In this document: piece after piece, positions 35,196 through 44,808 of the stretch
How positions within the stretch are numbered: position 1 is the stretch's first letter
How the letters are laid out: each line of letters starts with the position of its first letter
Assembly: GCA_022710935.1 (NCBI GenBank)
Contig: JAKLFY010000014.1
Coordinates: 31,041 to 95,040 of the forward strand
Direction: 5' to 3'
DNA: 64,000 bases
Origin: Verrucomicrobiota bacterium
GTDB lineage: Bacteria > Verrucomicrobiota > Verrucomicrobiia > Limisphaerales > J093
The notes under the pieces: generated by a model
What the model was told of the DNA's origin: nothing
Databases searched by the model: none
Seen by the model: only the letters and a program-made list of their open reading frames with translations
Translations under genes and position numbers: made by a program

Positions 35196-36391
35196 GGCAG
35201 GACGAGTTCCGTCCCTTCGGCCACGCCCTCGAGAACCTCGGTCCGCTGACCGTTCGAGATCCCGGTCTTGACGGGGACTTTGCGGAAACCGCTCTTGGCC
35301 GAGGGGTCATGCCGCTGGACGGACGTCCCGCCGTCGCGGTCGCGCACGAGCGCGGCTTCGGCGATGAGCAGCGCGTTGGTGTGTTCCTCGAGCACGATTT
35401 CGGCATTGGCGCTCATGTTCGCGCGCAGCTTGCCGTCGGGATTCGCGATCGACACGCGGACGTCGAAGGTCGTGACATTGTCCTTCTCGACGCCCATCGG
35501 CGCGATCCGGGTCACCTTTCCCTCGAAGGTCTCGCCTGAAAAGGACTCGACGAGGTTGCGCACCGGCAGGCCAACCCGGATCTTGCCAATCTCGGCCTCA
35601 TCGACCTGGCCTTCGACATACACGTTGCTGATGTCGCCCAAGGTCATGATGAGCGTGGCCGCGCTGCCAAGATTCAGAATCGAAGAGACGGCGTCGCCCA
35701 CCTCACGATCACGGGTGAGCACGACGCCCCGGATGGGGGAGCGGATGGTGGCATGGCGCAGGTTTTCCTCGGCGCGGTCCAGCGCGGCCTGCGCCGCCGC
35801 AACCCGGGCCCGAGCCTGGACGACCAGCGCGCTGGCGCTGCGAGCCGCCGCCTCGAGCAACTGCTGCCGGTTGGCGCTCATGGCGTGCGCCTTCTGCGCC
35901 TCGTCCAGAGCCTGTTGGGACGCGACTTTCTCGGCGAAAAGGGCCTTGAGGCGTTCGAAGTCGCGCCGGGCGAATTCAAGTTCGGGGTTGGCGGCCTCGA
36001 TGCGCGCCTTGGCTTCGGCGGCGAGGGCCACCTCCAGGTTCGCGGCTTCGGCGTCCTTGGTCGCCCGCGCTTCCCGGACCTGCGCCTCGAGATTCTCCTT
36101 GTCGAGTTCGGCCAGGACCTGGTTCTCGTCGACGTGGTCCCCGACGTCCACCGTCAAGGCTTGGATGATGCCGTTGGCCTTGGACTTGACCTCGACCTTC
36201 GTGAGCGGGTGGATGCGCCCCACGGCAACCACCGAACGCGCGATCTGGCCCCGCTCGACCCGCGCGATCTTGTCGGGCGGCACCGGTTCGGGCTTCCGCA
36301 GCCAGGCAATCACCAGCCACACCGCGGCGAAGAGCAGCAAAAGCCCCCCACCCACGATCCACCCGCGCGCGCGACGCCGTTGTCCTGTCAT
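35192..36391 (-). CDS. Efflux transporter periplasmic adaptor (HlyD/MacA-type membrane fusion protein)
   Basis: TM anchor WIVGGGLLLLFAAVWLVIAW. Lipoyl-like IQALTVDVGDHVDENQVLAELD. Long coiled coil. IRSPIRGVVLTR. ATG at 36391; the track start at 36418 is a GTG. Confidence 0.9.
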   Translation of the reverse strand: MTGQRRRARGWIVGGGLLLLFAAVWLVIAWLRKPEPVPPDKIARVERGQIARSVVAVGRIHPLTKVEVKSKANGIIQALTVDVGDHVDENQVLAELDKENLEAQVREARATKDAEAANLEVALAAEAKARIEAANPELEFARRDFERLKALFAEKVASQQALDEAQKAHAMSANRQQLLEAAARSASALVVQARARVAAAQAALDRAEENLRHATIRSPIRGVVLTRDREVGDAVSSILNLGSAATLIMTLGDISNVYVEGQVDEAEIGKIRVGLPVRNLVESFSGETFEGKVTRIAPMGVEKDNVTTFDVRVSIANPDGKLRANMSANAEIVLEEHTNALLIAEAALVRDRDGGTSVQRHDPSAKSGFRKVPVKTGISNGQRTEVLEGVAEGTELVLP

Positions 36392-36669
36392 TGGTTCCAG
36401 CGGTTTCTCTATAGACACCCATCAGCCGTGTCGAGTTTCAACGATGAAGCCGCAACCTCGACTCGGGCGCGGGCCAATTCAGGAAGTGGAGCGGCGACGC
36501 CTGCCTGCCGGCGGGCCGGGCCCGTGGCCGACAAATGCTGTGCTCAATCAGGATGGCGGGGGACTCGCGCCCCACTCCGACCTTCTCGGCCGCAAGAACT
36601 GGCGCTGCGGCACGACTTCGTGCACGACAATCCGCTTGGTTATTTCGTGCCAAAGAATCAGGGTCACGC

Positions 36670-39600
36670 ATGCATACGACTCGCCTTCCGCGGCGCCCGA
36701 TCGCGCCTGGCCTGGTGGTGCTGGTGTTGGCCGGCCTGGTGGCCGGGCCCAGCGGCTGGACCCAGGCCTATCTCGACAATGAGACGCTCTACGCGAACCA
36801 GGACCCGGACACCGAGACCCGGCGGTCGGACCATTTCCGGCTCTGCTTCGGCCATTTCAACCGGGACACCGGGGCACCCATGACCGAGCAACTCGCCCAG
36901 GGCAACCTGCAGATGTTCGAGCAGATGTGGCATCGGTGGGTAATCGAAATGGGACTGCACGATCTCAACGAGTCGGCGACACGTCCCGACGGGCAGAAGT
37001 ACCGGGCCAACTTTAACTTTCTGATGACGTGGAACGACGGCGGTGGCGGCGGCGCCTACTCGAGCATGGACGCCAACGGGTTTTTCTACGCCATGGCCAA
37101 CACGGGCTATTGCCGCTACGACCCTCCCTCCGGAGCGACCCCGCACGAGTTCGGTCACGTCTGGGAAGGTTCGTGCGCCGGCTTTAACGGCAGCGACAGC
37201 TCCGGCGCCTGGTGGGAATGCACCGCCAACTGGCTGCAACTGCAGTTCCTCAACAGCTATCCGCAGGCCGGCGCCTACATCTACAACGGCATGTACTACC
37301 CCTGCCATGGAAGGAATTACTACGATGCCTTCGCGATCTGGGAAACCGCGCGCGAAGACCCGCGCTACGGCGCCGCCTGGATCAACCGTGTCTGGACGGA
37401 CGCCACACCCGACCAGCAGCAGCACGAGTTCATCATCGATCGCATGATTCGGTGCGACGCCTCGGGCTCGCCCGACCCGGCCGGCGCGGTGAAGGACCTC
37501 TGGGGCGACATGGCCAGCAAGCTGGTGACCTGGGATTTCGAGCGGCAACGGTGGCTCGCCACCGCCAATCGGCCCGACGACGGCAGCGACTGGGAGTTCT
37601 ACCAACGCTGCCGCACCCCGCTCGTCAAAGTGCCCGGCGCCAACGGCTGGTTCCGGCCCGCCCGCGCCCATCTGCCGATGGAGTTCGGTTTCAATATCAT
37701 CCCGCTCGCCGCCGCCCCCGACACCGCGGTCACCTGCAACTTCCAGCCCCAATGCGACCCCGTCCGGCAGTCGGACTGGCGGGCTCGTCTGGTCGCCGTG
37801 AACGCCGCCGGCGAAGCCAGCTACTCCTCCCTGTGGAACATCGGCGCCAACACGCTCACGCTGTCCGCCGACCAGACCCGACTCTACCTGGTCGTCATCG
37901 CCACGCCAAAACCCATGAAGATCGCCGAACCGGTCTGGCGCGCCTATCTGACGGACGCAGGTCTGCAGTTCCCTTACCAGGTGTCGTTCGTCGCCGCGGC
38001 GCCCCAGAGCGTGATCTTCCCGGTGCAGAGCCACACCGGCATGACCCAGCACCCCAACGGCGGCGGTTGGAAGGCGACGACTGCCACGGTCGACGCCACC
38101 GCCTACGTGGGCCCAAACACCCAGGTCCTCAACAACGCCCAGGTCCGTGGCAACGCGCGCGTCGAAGACTACGCCGTCGTCCGCGACAGCGCCCAGGTGC
38201 GGGACAATGCCGTTGTTTCCGGGCACGCGTTGGTCGAGGGTCATGCGCGCGTCTACGGCAACGCCAAGGTCCGCGACTGGGCGCGCGTCTTCGGCTACGC
38301 CGAAGTCTACGGCCACGCAAAGGTCATCGAGCACGCCAACTGCGGCGATGGCAATGCCGGCACGCATACCAAGGTCTTCGGCACTGCCGTCATCAAGGGA
38401 ACCACCTACGTGTACGACCCCTCGACGTTCGACGGCTGCCTGATCATGGAAGGCGACTCCGCCAACGGCAACGGCACCGCCCCCTCATCGAAGGGGGTTC
38501 ATTTCGGATGGGGTTGGGGGCAGGATGTCGCGCGGTTCAGCTCCCTGCCTGACAACGGTTACCTCTACGCCCAGCACACGTTCGAAAAGGACAACCCCGT
38601 GTTCGCCCTCGACGAGTTCGGCATCAACCACGGCTTCCTCGTGAACGGTTGCCGCGTCGCCAAGGACACCGCCGCACCCACCCGCGGGGGCCGGGTGCTC
38701 TCGTTGAACGGCACGACCGAGTACGTGGAACTCCACAACGCCCTCAATGATTTCAAGGAAATGACCATCGCCGTCTGGGCGAAATGGACCGCGAGCACGG
38801 CCGGTCAGCGGATCTGGTCGATGGGCGACGGCGCAAGTAAGGCGATGTGGTTGAGCCCGCGTGACGGCGACACCGAGGGGGTGCGGTTCTTGATCACGGA
38901 TGGCGTGACTACCGAAACGCTCGATGGCGGAGCGCTCCCGGTCAACGCCTGGACCCATCTGGCCCTCGGATTCTCTGGCACCAGCTGCACGCTCTACGTC
39001 AACGGCGCGGCCGTGGCCTCGAAGCCGGCCATAACCCTGTTCCCCGACCGCCTCAACGCACCGCTGATGGAGAACGCCAATTACCTGGGACGCGGCAATG
39101 CGGGCGGCTTCTTCCAGGGCTTCCTGGACGATTTTCGGGTTTACATGAAAGGGCTCACCGGGGCCGAGGTGTCAGCGGTCTACACCGCGGCCGCGCCGGG
39201 CCCCGTGACCGTCGCGGCGGACACGACGGCGCCGGAGCCCAATGCCGCGACCTGGCTGGCGCCCCCCGAGTCGGTCGGTGACCGTGCCGTCACGATGAGC
39301 GCCACGCCCGGCAGCGACGCGAGCGGGTGGGTCGAGTACTTCTTTGCCTGCACGGACGGGCCCGGTCACGACAGCGGTTGGGTGTCGTTCAACAAGTACA
39401 CCGACGTCGGGCTCACGCCCGGGGCGCCCGTGACGTATACAGTCAGGATGCGCGACCGGAACGGGAACACGACGGACGCCAGCACCCCCGGGACCGCGAC
39501 GTGCCTTGTGGTCGCCCTGCCCGCCGCCGCCTTCAGCTACGGTCCGATCGGCATCGCCAACGGCCAGATCACCATGACCGCCGCGAAACCCGCCAATGTT

Positions 39601-42030
39601 CCCGGCACGCTCGAGTTCAAGTTCGATCGCACCAGCCCGTCCGCTGCCTCGAGCGGCTGGCAATCCGCATCGACCTGGACCCAGACGGGGCTGAGCACCG
39701 GCGCCTCCTGCACGTACACCGTCACCATGCGCGACGGCTGGGGAAACCTCAGCGCTCCCTCCGCGCCCCTGAGCGCTGTCGCGCGCGACGACGCCCCGCC
39801 GCGGCTGCCAATCCCGGTGGCGCATTGGGAAATGCTCCCCTACGCCACCATCGACAACAAGGTGTCGATGACCGCCATGGCCCCGGTCGGCGCCGGCTTC
39901 GAATACCAGTTTCACTGCGTCAGCGGGGGCGGACCCGACAGCGGGTGGCAGAGCGTCCGCACGTTCGTCACGCCGCCCCTGCCGGACGGCGCTTACGTGT
40001 ACCAATACCGCGTCCGGGACACCTCGCAACAAAGCAACGCGTCGGAGTATTCGACGGTCTACGCCGCTCGCATCACGCCCACCACGGGCTACCACGCCTA
40101 CGCGCTCGCGCAGGTGCTGACCGTTCCCGACGATGACCTTGTGAGCTTTCCGGCGACCGTGCTGAAAGTCGGCGCCAACAGCTACTACGTCAAAGACCTC
40201 GCCTCGGGCGCGGGCATCAAGGTCCGGCCCGGCACGTCGAACCAGGTCACAGATCTCAGCCTGGCGTTGAAGAACGTCCTCGTGAAAGGCCACCGCTACA
40301 CGTTCGGCGGCGTGCCTGAAGTCACGTTCGCGACCGTGACCGCGACCGGCAACCCGACCTTCGCAACCATCTCCGGACGGGTCACCAATAGTGTCGGGGC
40401 CGGCGTGGCCGGGGCCACGGTATGGTTGGCGGATGTGCCCAACGCGTCCGCAAATGCCATCGTCACCGCAACCTCCGACGCAAGCGGTTACTACAGCAAA
40501 GGCGTTCCAGCCGGGACCTGGTATGTCGCGGCAGGCGCCAGCGCCTACAACGCCTCCCCTGACCGGGTGGTCAACGTAGCCGAGGCGCCCGTCACGGGCG
40601 TCGATTTCGGTTTGGTCCCCAACGCCCAGGTCTCCGGCCAGGTCACGCGCCGCAGCGACGGCGCCCCTGCGGCCGGAGCGCTGGTGTACTTCTCCCGCTC
40701 GCCCGGACCGGCCGGCAGCCCGGCCTTCACGGCCACGGTCGACGCCACGGGCGGCTTCCGCCAACTGCTCCAGGACGGCCTGTGGTACGTCGGGGCGGGC
40801 GGCCCCGGCTTCTATACGTCACCGGACAAGGTGATCACCGTCACGGGCCGCGACGTTGGCGGGATCGACTTCGCCCTCCAGAGCAACGCCCGGAACGTCC
40901 CTCGCACGGGCGACCTGTGGTTCTCGGCCGTGACCGACAGCCTGACGGCCAGTGGCGACACGGGGCCATGGCCCACGTACCTGCCCGCGGGCCAGACGCT
41001 CTCGACCATCGGCTCACCCACCGTCGCGTTGCTCGACGGCGTGAAATGGGTGAAGAACGACTACGCCGACGGTGACGGTTTCAACCAGGGCCGTTACGCG
41101 GCGCCGGTCGCGGTCAACGGCGTGACGATCGTGGCGGCGGTGCGCCCAACGTATGTGTCGGTCGGCGGCGAGCCGCGCGGCGAGATCGTCGATATCTTCT
41201 ACGACTGGCTGGCACTGGCTGTCAGTCACGGGGATGGACGCCTCATGGTGGCTCGTAATTTCTGGAATGACTGGGGCCCGGCGATCCCCGATGGGCAGAA
41301 GACCATTGTGAGTCTCGTGGTCCAGGTCAACGGCTCGTACAAGGTCTATGCCAACGGGACGCAGGTCATGACCGGTGGCGCCAACGGCAACTGGGCGTCC
41401 ATCAACCCCGACCACACCGCCAATTGGGGGAACGATCCCGACTTCACCCACTACGTCTCGGTGGGGCGCAATGCGCCCGACGGCTGGTCCACCTTCAATG
41501 GCCATCTGGGCGATGTGTTCGTCTACAAGGTCGCCTTGAGCGACAGCGAGCGGCAGCAGCTCGAAGCCGACCTGACCGCCAAGTTCCAGTCGGTCGATTG
41601 CACGGTGACCGCCACCGCCGGGGCCGGAGGCACAGTCAACCCGAGCGGCGCGGTCTTCATCAACCCCGGCGGTGCGCAGACCTTCACCGTCACACCGCTG
41701 CCCGGCTACACGGTGACCGACGTTGTGGTCGACGGGATCTCCCGCGGCCCGGTCGGTTCTTGGCGGTTCGCTAATGTGACCGCCAACCACACCCTGAACG
41801 CGGTCTTCGGCCCGCTGGCGCCCCCGACCCTGTCCATCACCCAGCCCGACTCGGGCGACGTCCAGATTGCCTGGCCCGACACGCACAGCGGCCTGTTGCT
41901 CTGGTCCGGCTCGCTCGACCCGGCAGCGGAGTGGCTGCCGGTCGACGTGCAGCCGGTGCACGGAGGCGGCTTGTACACGGTCACGGTGACGGCGGGGCCC
42001 GATCCGACCTTCTTCCGATTGCGCGACTGA
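36670..42030 (+). CDS. Giant secreted multidomain protein: HExxH (HEFGH) N-terminal domain, left-handed beta-helix, two LamG-like domains, CarboxypepD_reg-like domains, InlB-B-repeat-like domain and an FYRL-type C-terminal domain
   Basis: ATG at 36670 with a signal peptide (PGLVVLVLAGLVAGPSGWTQA). PPSGATPHEFGHVWE. Hexapeptide run (AQVRGNARVEDYAVVRDSAQVRDNAVVSGHALVEGHARVYGNAKV..). LamG signatures (FKEMTIAVWAKW..LDDFRVY, and GHLGDVFVYKVALS). ISGRVTNSVGAGVAGATVWL. Ends TFFRLRD. 1786 aa. Confidence 0.85.
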   Translation: MHTTRLPRRPIAPGLVVLVLAGLVAGPSGWTQAYLDNETLYANQDPDTETRRSDHFRLCFGHFNRDTGAPMTEQLAQGNLQMFEQMWHRWVIEMGLHDLNESATRPDGQKYRANFNFLMTWNDGGGGGAYSSMDANGFFYAMANTGYCRYDPPSGATPHEFGHVWEGSCAGFNGSDSSGAWWECTANWLQLQFLNSYPQAGAYIYNGMYYPCHGRNYYDAFAIWETAREDPRYGAAWINRVWTDATPDQQQHEFIIDRMIRCDASGSPDPAGAVKDLWGDMASKLVTWDFERQRWLATANRPDDGSDWEFYQRCRTPLVKVPGANGWFRPARAHLPMEFGFNIIPLAAAPDTAVTCNFQPQCDPVRQSDWRARLVAVNAAGEASYSSLWNIGANTLTLSADQTRLYLVVIATPKPMKIAEPVWRAYLTDAGLQFPYQVSFVAAAPQSVIFPVQSHTGMTQHPNGGGWKATTATVDATAYVGPNTQVLNNAQVRGNARVEDYAVVRDSAQVRDNAVVSGHALVEGHARVYGNAKVRDWARVFGYAEVYGHAKVIEHANCGDGNAGTHTKVFGTAVIKGTTYVYDPSTFDGCLIMEGDSANGNGTAPSSKGVHFGWGWGQDVARFSSLPDNGYLYAQHTFEKDNPVFALDEFGINHGFLVNGCRVAKDTAAPTRGGRVLSLNGTTEYVELHNALNDFKEMTIAVWAKWTASTAGQRIWSMGDGASKAMWLSPRDGDTEGVRFLITDGVTTETLDGGALPVNAWTHLALGFSGTSCTLYVNGAAVASKPAITLFPDRLNAPLMENANYLGRGNAGGFFQGFLDDFRVYMKGLTGAEVSAVYTAAAPGPVTVAADTTAPEPNAATWLAPPESVGDRAVTMSATPGSDASGWVEYFFACTDGPGHDSGWVSFNKYTDVGLTPGAPVTYTVRMRDRNGNTTDASTPGTATCLVVALPAAAFSYGPIGIANGQITMTAAKPANVPGTLEFKFDRTSPSAASSGWQSASTWTQTGLSTGASCTYTVTMRDGWGNLSAPSAPLSAVARDDAPPRLPIPVAHWEMLPYATIDNKVSMTAMAPVGAGFEYQFHCVSGGGPDSGWQSVRTFVTPPLPDGAYVYQYRVRDTSQQSNASEYSTVYAARITPTTGYHAYALAQVLTVPDDDLVSFPATVLKVGANSYYVKDLASGAGIKVRPGTSNQVTDLSLALKNVLVKGHRYTFGGVPEVTFATVTATGNPTFATISGRVTNSVGAGVAGATVWLADVPNASANAIVTATSDASGYYSKGVPAGTWYVAAGASAYNASPDRVVNVAEAPVTGVDFGLVPNAQVSGQVTRRSDGAPAAGALVYFSRSPGPAGSPAFTATVDATGGFRQLLQDGLWYVGAGGPGFYTSPDKVITVTGRDVGGIDFALQSNARNVPRTGDLWFSAVTDSLTASGDTGPWPTYLPAGQTLSTIGSPTVALLDGVKWVKNDYADGDGFNQGRYAAPVAVNGVTIVAAVRPTYVSVGGEPRGEIVDIFYDWLALAVSHGDGRLMVARNFWNDWGPAIPDGQKTIVSLVVQVNGSYKVYANGTQVMTGGANGNWASINPDHTANWGNDPDFTHYVSVGRNAPDGWSTFNGHLGDVFVYKVALSDSERQQLEADLTAKFQSVDCTVTATAGAGGTVNPSGAVFINPGGAQTFTVTPLPGYTVTDVVVDGISRGPVGSWRFANVTANHTLNAVFGPLAPPTLSITQPDSGDVQIAWPDTHSGLLLWSGSLDPAAEWLPVDVQPVHGGGLYTVTVTAGPDPTFFRLRD

Positions 42031-42218
42031 GGAGACCCTGGAATGGACGCCAACGGGTGCCTGGGACGGAGACCGGACTGGGATCGCCGGCATCCCTGGC
42101 GGCGCGGGAGAAGACCACGCGTGCGGGCAGGGATGCCGGCCCTCCCAGTGTCGTCCAAGCCGCGGACTCCCCAGCCGGTGGCCGGGCCGTCTCTCATCCT
42201 CCGCCCGGAGGAAGAGCG

Positions 42219-42244
42219 CAGTGGGGTCGCATCTAAATAGTTGA
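42219..42244 (-). repeat. Conserved 26-nt motif, copy C (minus-strand reading TCAACTATTTAGATGCGACCCCACTG)
   Basis: Plus strand reads CAGTGGGGTCGCATCTAAATAGTTGA. Lies 73 nt downstream of the GH36 stop (42318) on the same (minus) strand, in a convergent intergenic region. Confidence 0.85.
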
Positions 42245-42317
42245 CAAACCCAGGCCAATGACATGAGTCGGACCAACGAGGCCTTTGATCTCGGCATCCG
42301 ATTTCAACAATCGCGAA

Positions 42318-44420
42318 TCATGGCGCCTCTTGCCGGTAGATGAGCACAATCGCTCCGGGGCTCTGACGCATACGCGCGGGCAGGCCACGCGTCATGAGTT
42401 CCTGGCCGGTGAAGGTCCGCGGTCCCTCAGGCGAATCGACATCCGTGATCCGATACTGGGCGTCAGGCTTTAATCCCCGGAGCGGGAAGCGCGCCGTCTC
42501 GTAGGGGCTCTCTTCGCGGCGAAAGGCCTGGACCATCCCCTCGTTGTTTTCGGGCAGGTCAAACTGCCAGGCCAACCACACGTCGCGGGCCTTCGAGTAG
42601 GACGTGAGCGGGTAGTAGTCGCCCAGGAAATAGCGCTGCAGCTCGCGGCACTGCGCCAATGCCGCCTTGGCCCGTGCGAATGGAAAATCGGATCGTGGGG
42701 GGCCGCCCTGGGGCGCATCGCCATTGCCGAACAGGCCGAAGGCCAGCGTGATCGAGAGGCTGCTCCGCAGGGCATAATCAGTGTCGTGGGCGGGGTTGAC
42801 GGCTCCGGTTCCGTTGAGCGGCACCCAGAACGAGAGACCGTAGGTGTGGCATTGCTTGCCGAGCGGATCGCCTGGGAAGTCGGTGCGCCACAGGGGCACG
42901 CTCCGCGACATGGTCTCGAGGTCGATGCGGCGTCCGCCACTGGCGCAGTTGTCAATGAGCAGGTGCGGATGGCGGCGGAGCAACTCATCCCAGAACGCGT
43001 ACAGCCCCTCGACCCAGCGAATCTCGGTGAGGCCCTGGCGATCCGGCGCATCGGCCGCCCGCCAGAACTCGAGCGGCGCGATATTGGCGTCATGCCGGAA
43101 GCAGTCCAGACCCCACACCCGAATCCGCTCAGAGATAAAGTCCGTGAGGAATCCGCGGGCTTCGGGGTTCCCCAGGTCGAAAAGGCGGTCGTTCTCCTTG
43201 ATCTGGTTGCGCAGGCTCTCGGATTTCACCCAATCGGGAAAGGTCTGCTTCTCCCACCGATAGACGCGGCGCTCCGGCGGGACCGCCAGCAGCCAGCGCC
43301 CGAATTCCCGGTCCCAACGCGTGCCTTCGCAGACGCGTTCCGGCTCGAACCAGAGCAGCAGTCTGCGGCCGGAGGCATGCAGGGCGTCGCTCAACGGCTT
43401 GAAGCCGTCGGGGTAAAGCCGCGGCTTGGCCTCCCAGTTGCCAGGATTGACAAACCACGGTCCCTCGCCGAACCACTCGGCATCGATCCAATAGAAGTCC
43501 ACGGGCAAATCGTGAAAGGCAAGAGCCTGGATGTTGGCCAGGTGATTGTCGGCGCTCGTCCCGCCCCAGTTCGCATTGAACAGTGGTAGCTCGACGGGCC
43601 GGCCATCGATCGTCGGCCGGTGGTGGTCCAGCACGAACCGCCGCCAGAGATTCTGTCCGCGCAGCCAGTCGCCTTCGTACCACAGAAGCGCGATGCGCGG
43701 TGTGCGGATCGCCTCACCCGGTCGCAGCGTCAACCGAGTTAGGGCCTGCCCGATTGCGGCACGGGTCTCCCCGGACGCCTCGGTGTGGAATGCCGCCGCC
43801 CACTCACCGGACCAACCGATCCCGAGGATCAGACCGCCCGAACCGCGGTCGAGGTTGAAGAACGGCAGATAGTCGCTCGACGAGCGCCCACCCCCGGCCT
43901 GCACCTCGACCCGCGTGCCGGGTTCGAGCGTTTCGGTGAGAGGCTGGAAATCGTCGAACGAGCACGTCGCCCCGCGGGCGTAACGCAATGTCAGCGCGCT
44001 CGTGCTTGCAGGCAGACGGATGTCCAAGGCCCGGATCGCTTCCAGGAGCGACGTGTCCCGCGAGCCCCGGTTCTCGAAGTGGAGCACCCACTCCAACGCG
44101 GCGTGCCCCACGAACTCCGTGATCTCGCAGCGGCCTCGAAGGCCGGTTGCCGGGTCACGGAAGGTCAGCGTCGATTGCGCACGCCCGGCCCCGGCGGTTT
44201 GACCGGTGCGCTCGCACGTCCATGTGGGCAGGAACTCGGATGAAGGCCGCTGATCGTAGACGAAAGAGAACGGCCACGCGGCAGCATTGGTGCTCAAACT
44301 CTGTCCGAGCCACGCGGCCTTCACGTCATGCTCCCGCGCGGTCGCTTGGACCGCGTGAGACCGGACGGCAAACAGGAGTGCGGGCAGCAGCAACCAACTC
44401 ACCAGGATGCGCGTTTTCAT
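42318..44420 (-). CDS. GH36-family alpha-galactosidase-like glycoside hydrolase
   Basis: ATG at 44420 with signal peptide MKTRILVSWLLLPALLFAVRSHA. FYWIDAEWFGEG..YPDGFKPLSDALHASGRRLLLWFEPERV. CFRHDAN. LLIDNCASGGRRIDLE (CxxGGxR). Confidence 0.8.
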   Translation of the reverse strand: MKTRILVSWLLLPALLFAVRSHAVQATAREHDVKAAWLGQSLSTNAAAWPFSFVYDQRPSSEFLPTWTCERTGQTAGAGRAQSTLTFRDPATGLRGRCEITEFVGHAALEWVLHFENRGSRDTSLLEAIRALDIRLPASTSALTLRYARGATCSFDDFQPLTETLEPGTRVEVQAGGGRSSSDYLPFFNLDRGSGGLILGIGWSGEWAAAFHTEASGETRAAIGQALTRLTLRPGEAIRTPRIALLWYEGDWLRGQNLWRRFVLDHHRPTIDGRPVELPLFNANWGGTSADNHLANIQALAFHDLPVDFYWIDAEWFGEGPWFVNPGNWEAKPRLYPDGFKPLSDALHASGRRLLLWFEPERVCEGTRWDREFGRWLLAVPPERRVYRWEKQTFPDWVKSESLRNQIKENDRLFDLGNPEARGFLTDFISERIRVWGLDCFRHDANIAPLEFWRAADAPDRQGLTEIRWVEGLYAFWDELLRRHPHLLIDNCASGGRRIDLETMSRSVPLWRTDFPGDPLGKQCHTYGLSFWVPLNGTGAVNPAHDTDYALRSSLSITLAFGLFGNGDAPQGGPPRSDFPFARAKAALAQCRELQRYFLGDYYPLTSYSKARDVWLAWQFDLPENNEGMVQAFRREESPYETARFPLRGLKPDAQYRITDVDSPEGPRTFTGQELMTRGLPARMRQSPGAIVLIYRQEAP

Positions 44421-44808
44421 CGAAGGCTGCGACAGTTGTACCCGCCAGACCCTCGCCTGAACAGTGCGCAGTGTGCGCGGTGTCGGGACGTAGTACATCC
44501 ATTTGTGTGGACATGGTCGAATCGGTTCACTCGGCGTCTCGCGCAGACGTTCGCCATTGACCCGGAACGCAGGCGCTTTGTTGCGGAGATCGGGAGTGAA
44601 GTGTCAAGTCAAGTGAAAGCCATAGACCTGCTCCGCGATTCCGTCGTTGACCTCCACAGTCACGGTCGCTTTCGGGACTGAATCGCACCCTGGGCGGATA
44701 TTTGCTTGTGCTCGGGTAGCCGATCCCCGCATCATCCCCACGCTCCGGATGCCGACGTCGCGAGGTTGCTCGACGCCTCGATCCTTTCCGACCCGGTGCA
44801 AATCGCCC

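Noticed and set aside
32692-35406. Single 904-aa ORF covering both permease genes
   Set aside because: Only its last 417 aa (from the ATG at 33945) are FtsX/MacB-like. The upstream part is an out-of-frame read-through of the first permease gene (33942..35195), which has its own well-supported frame.
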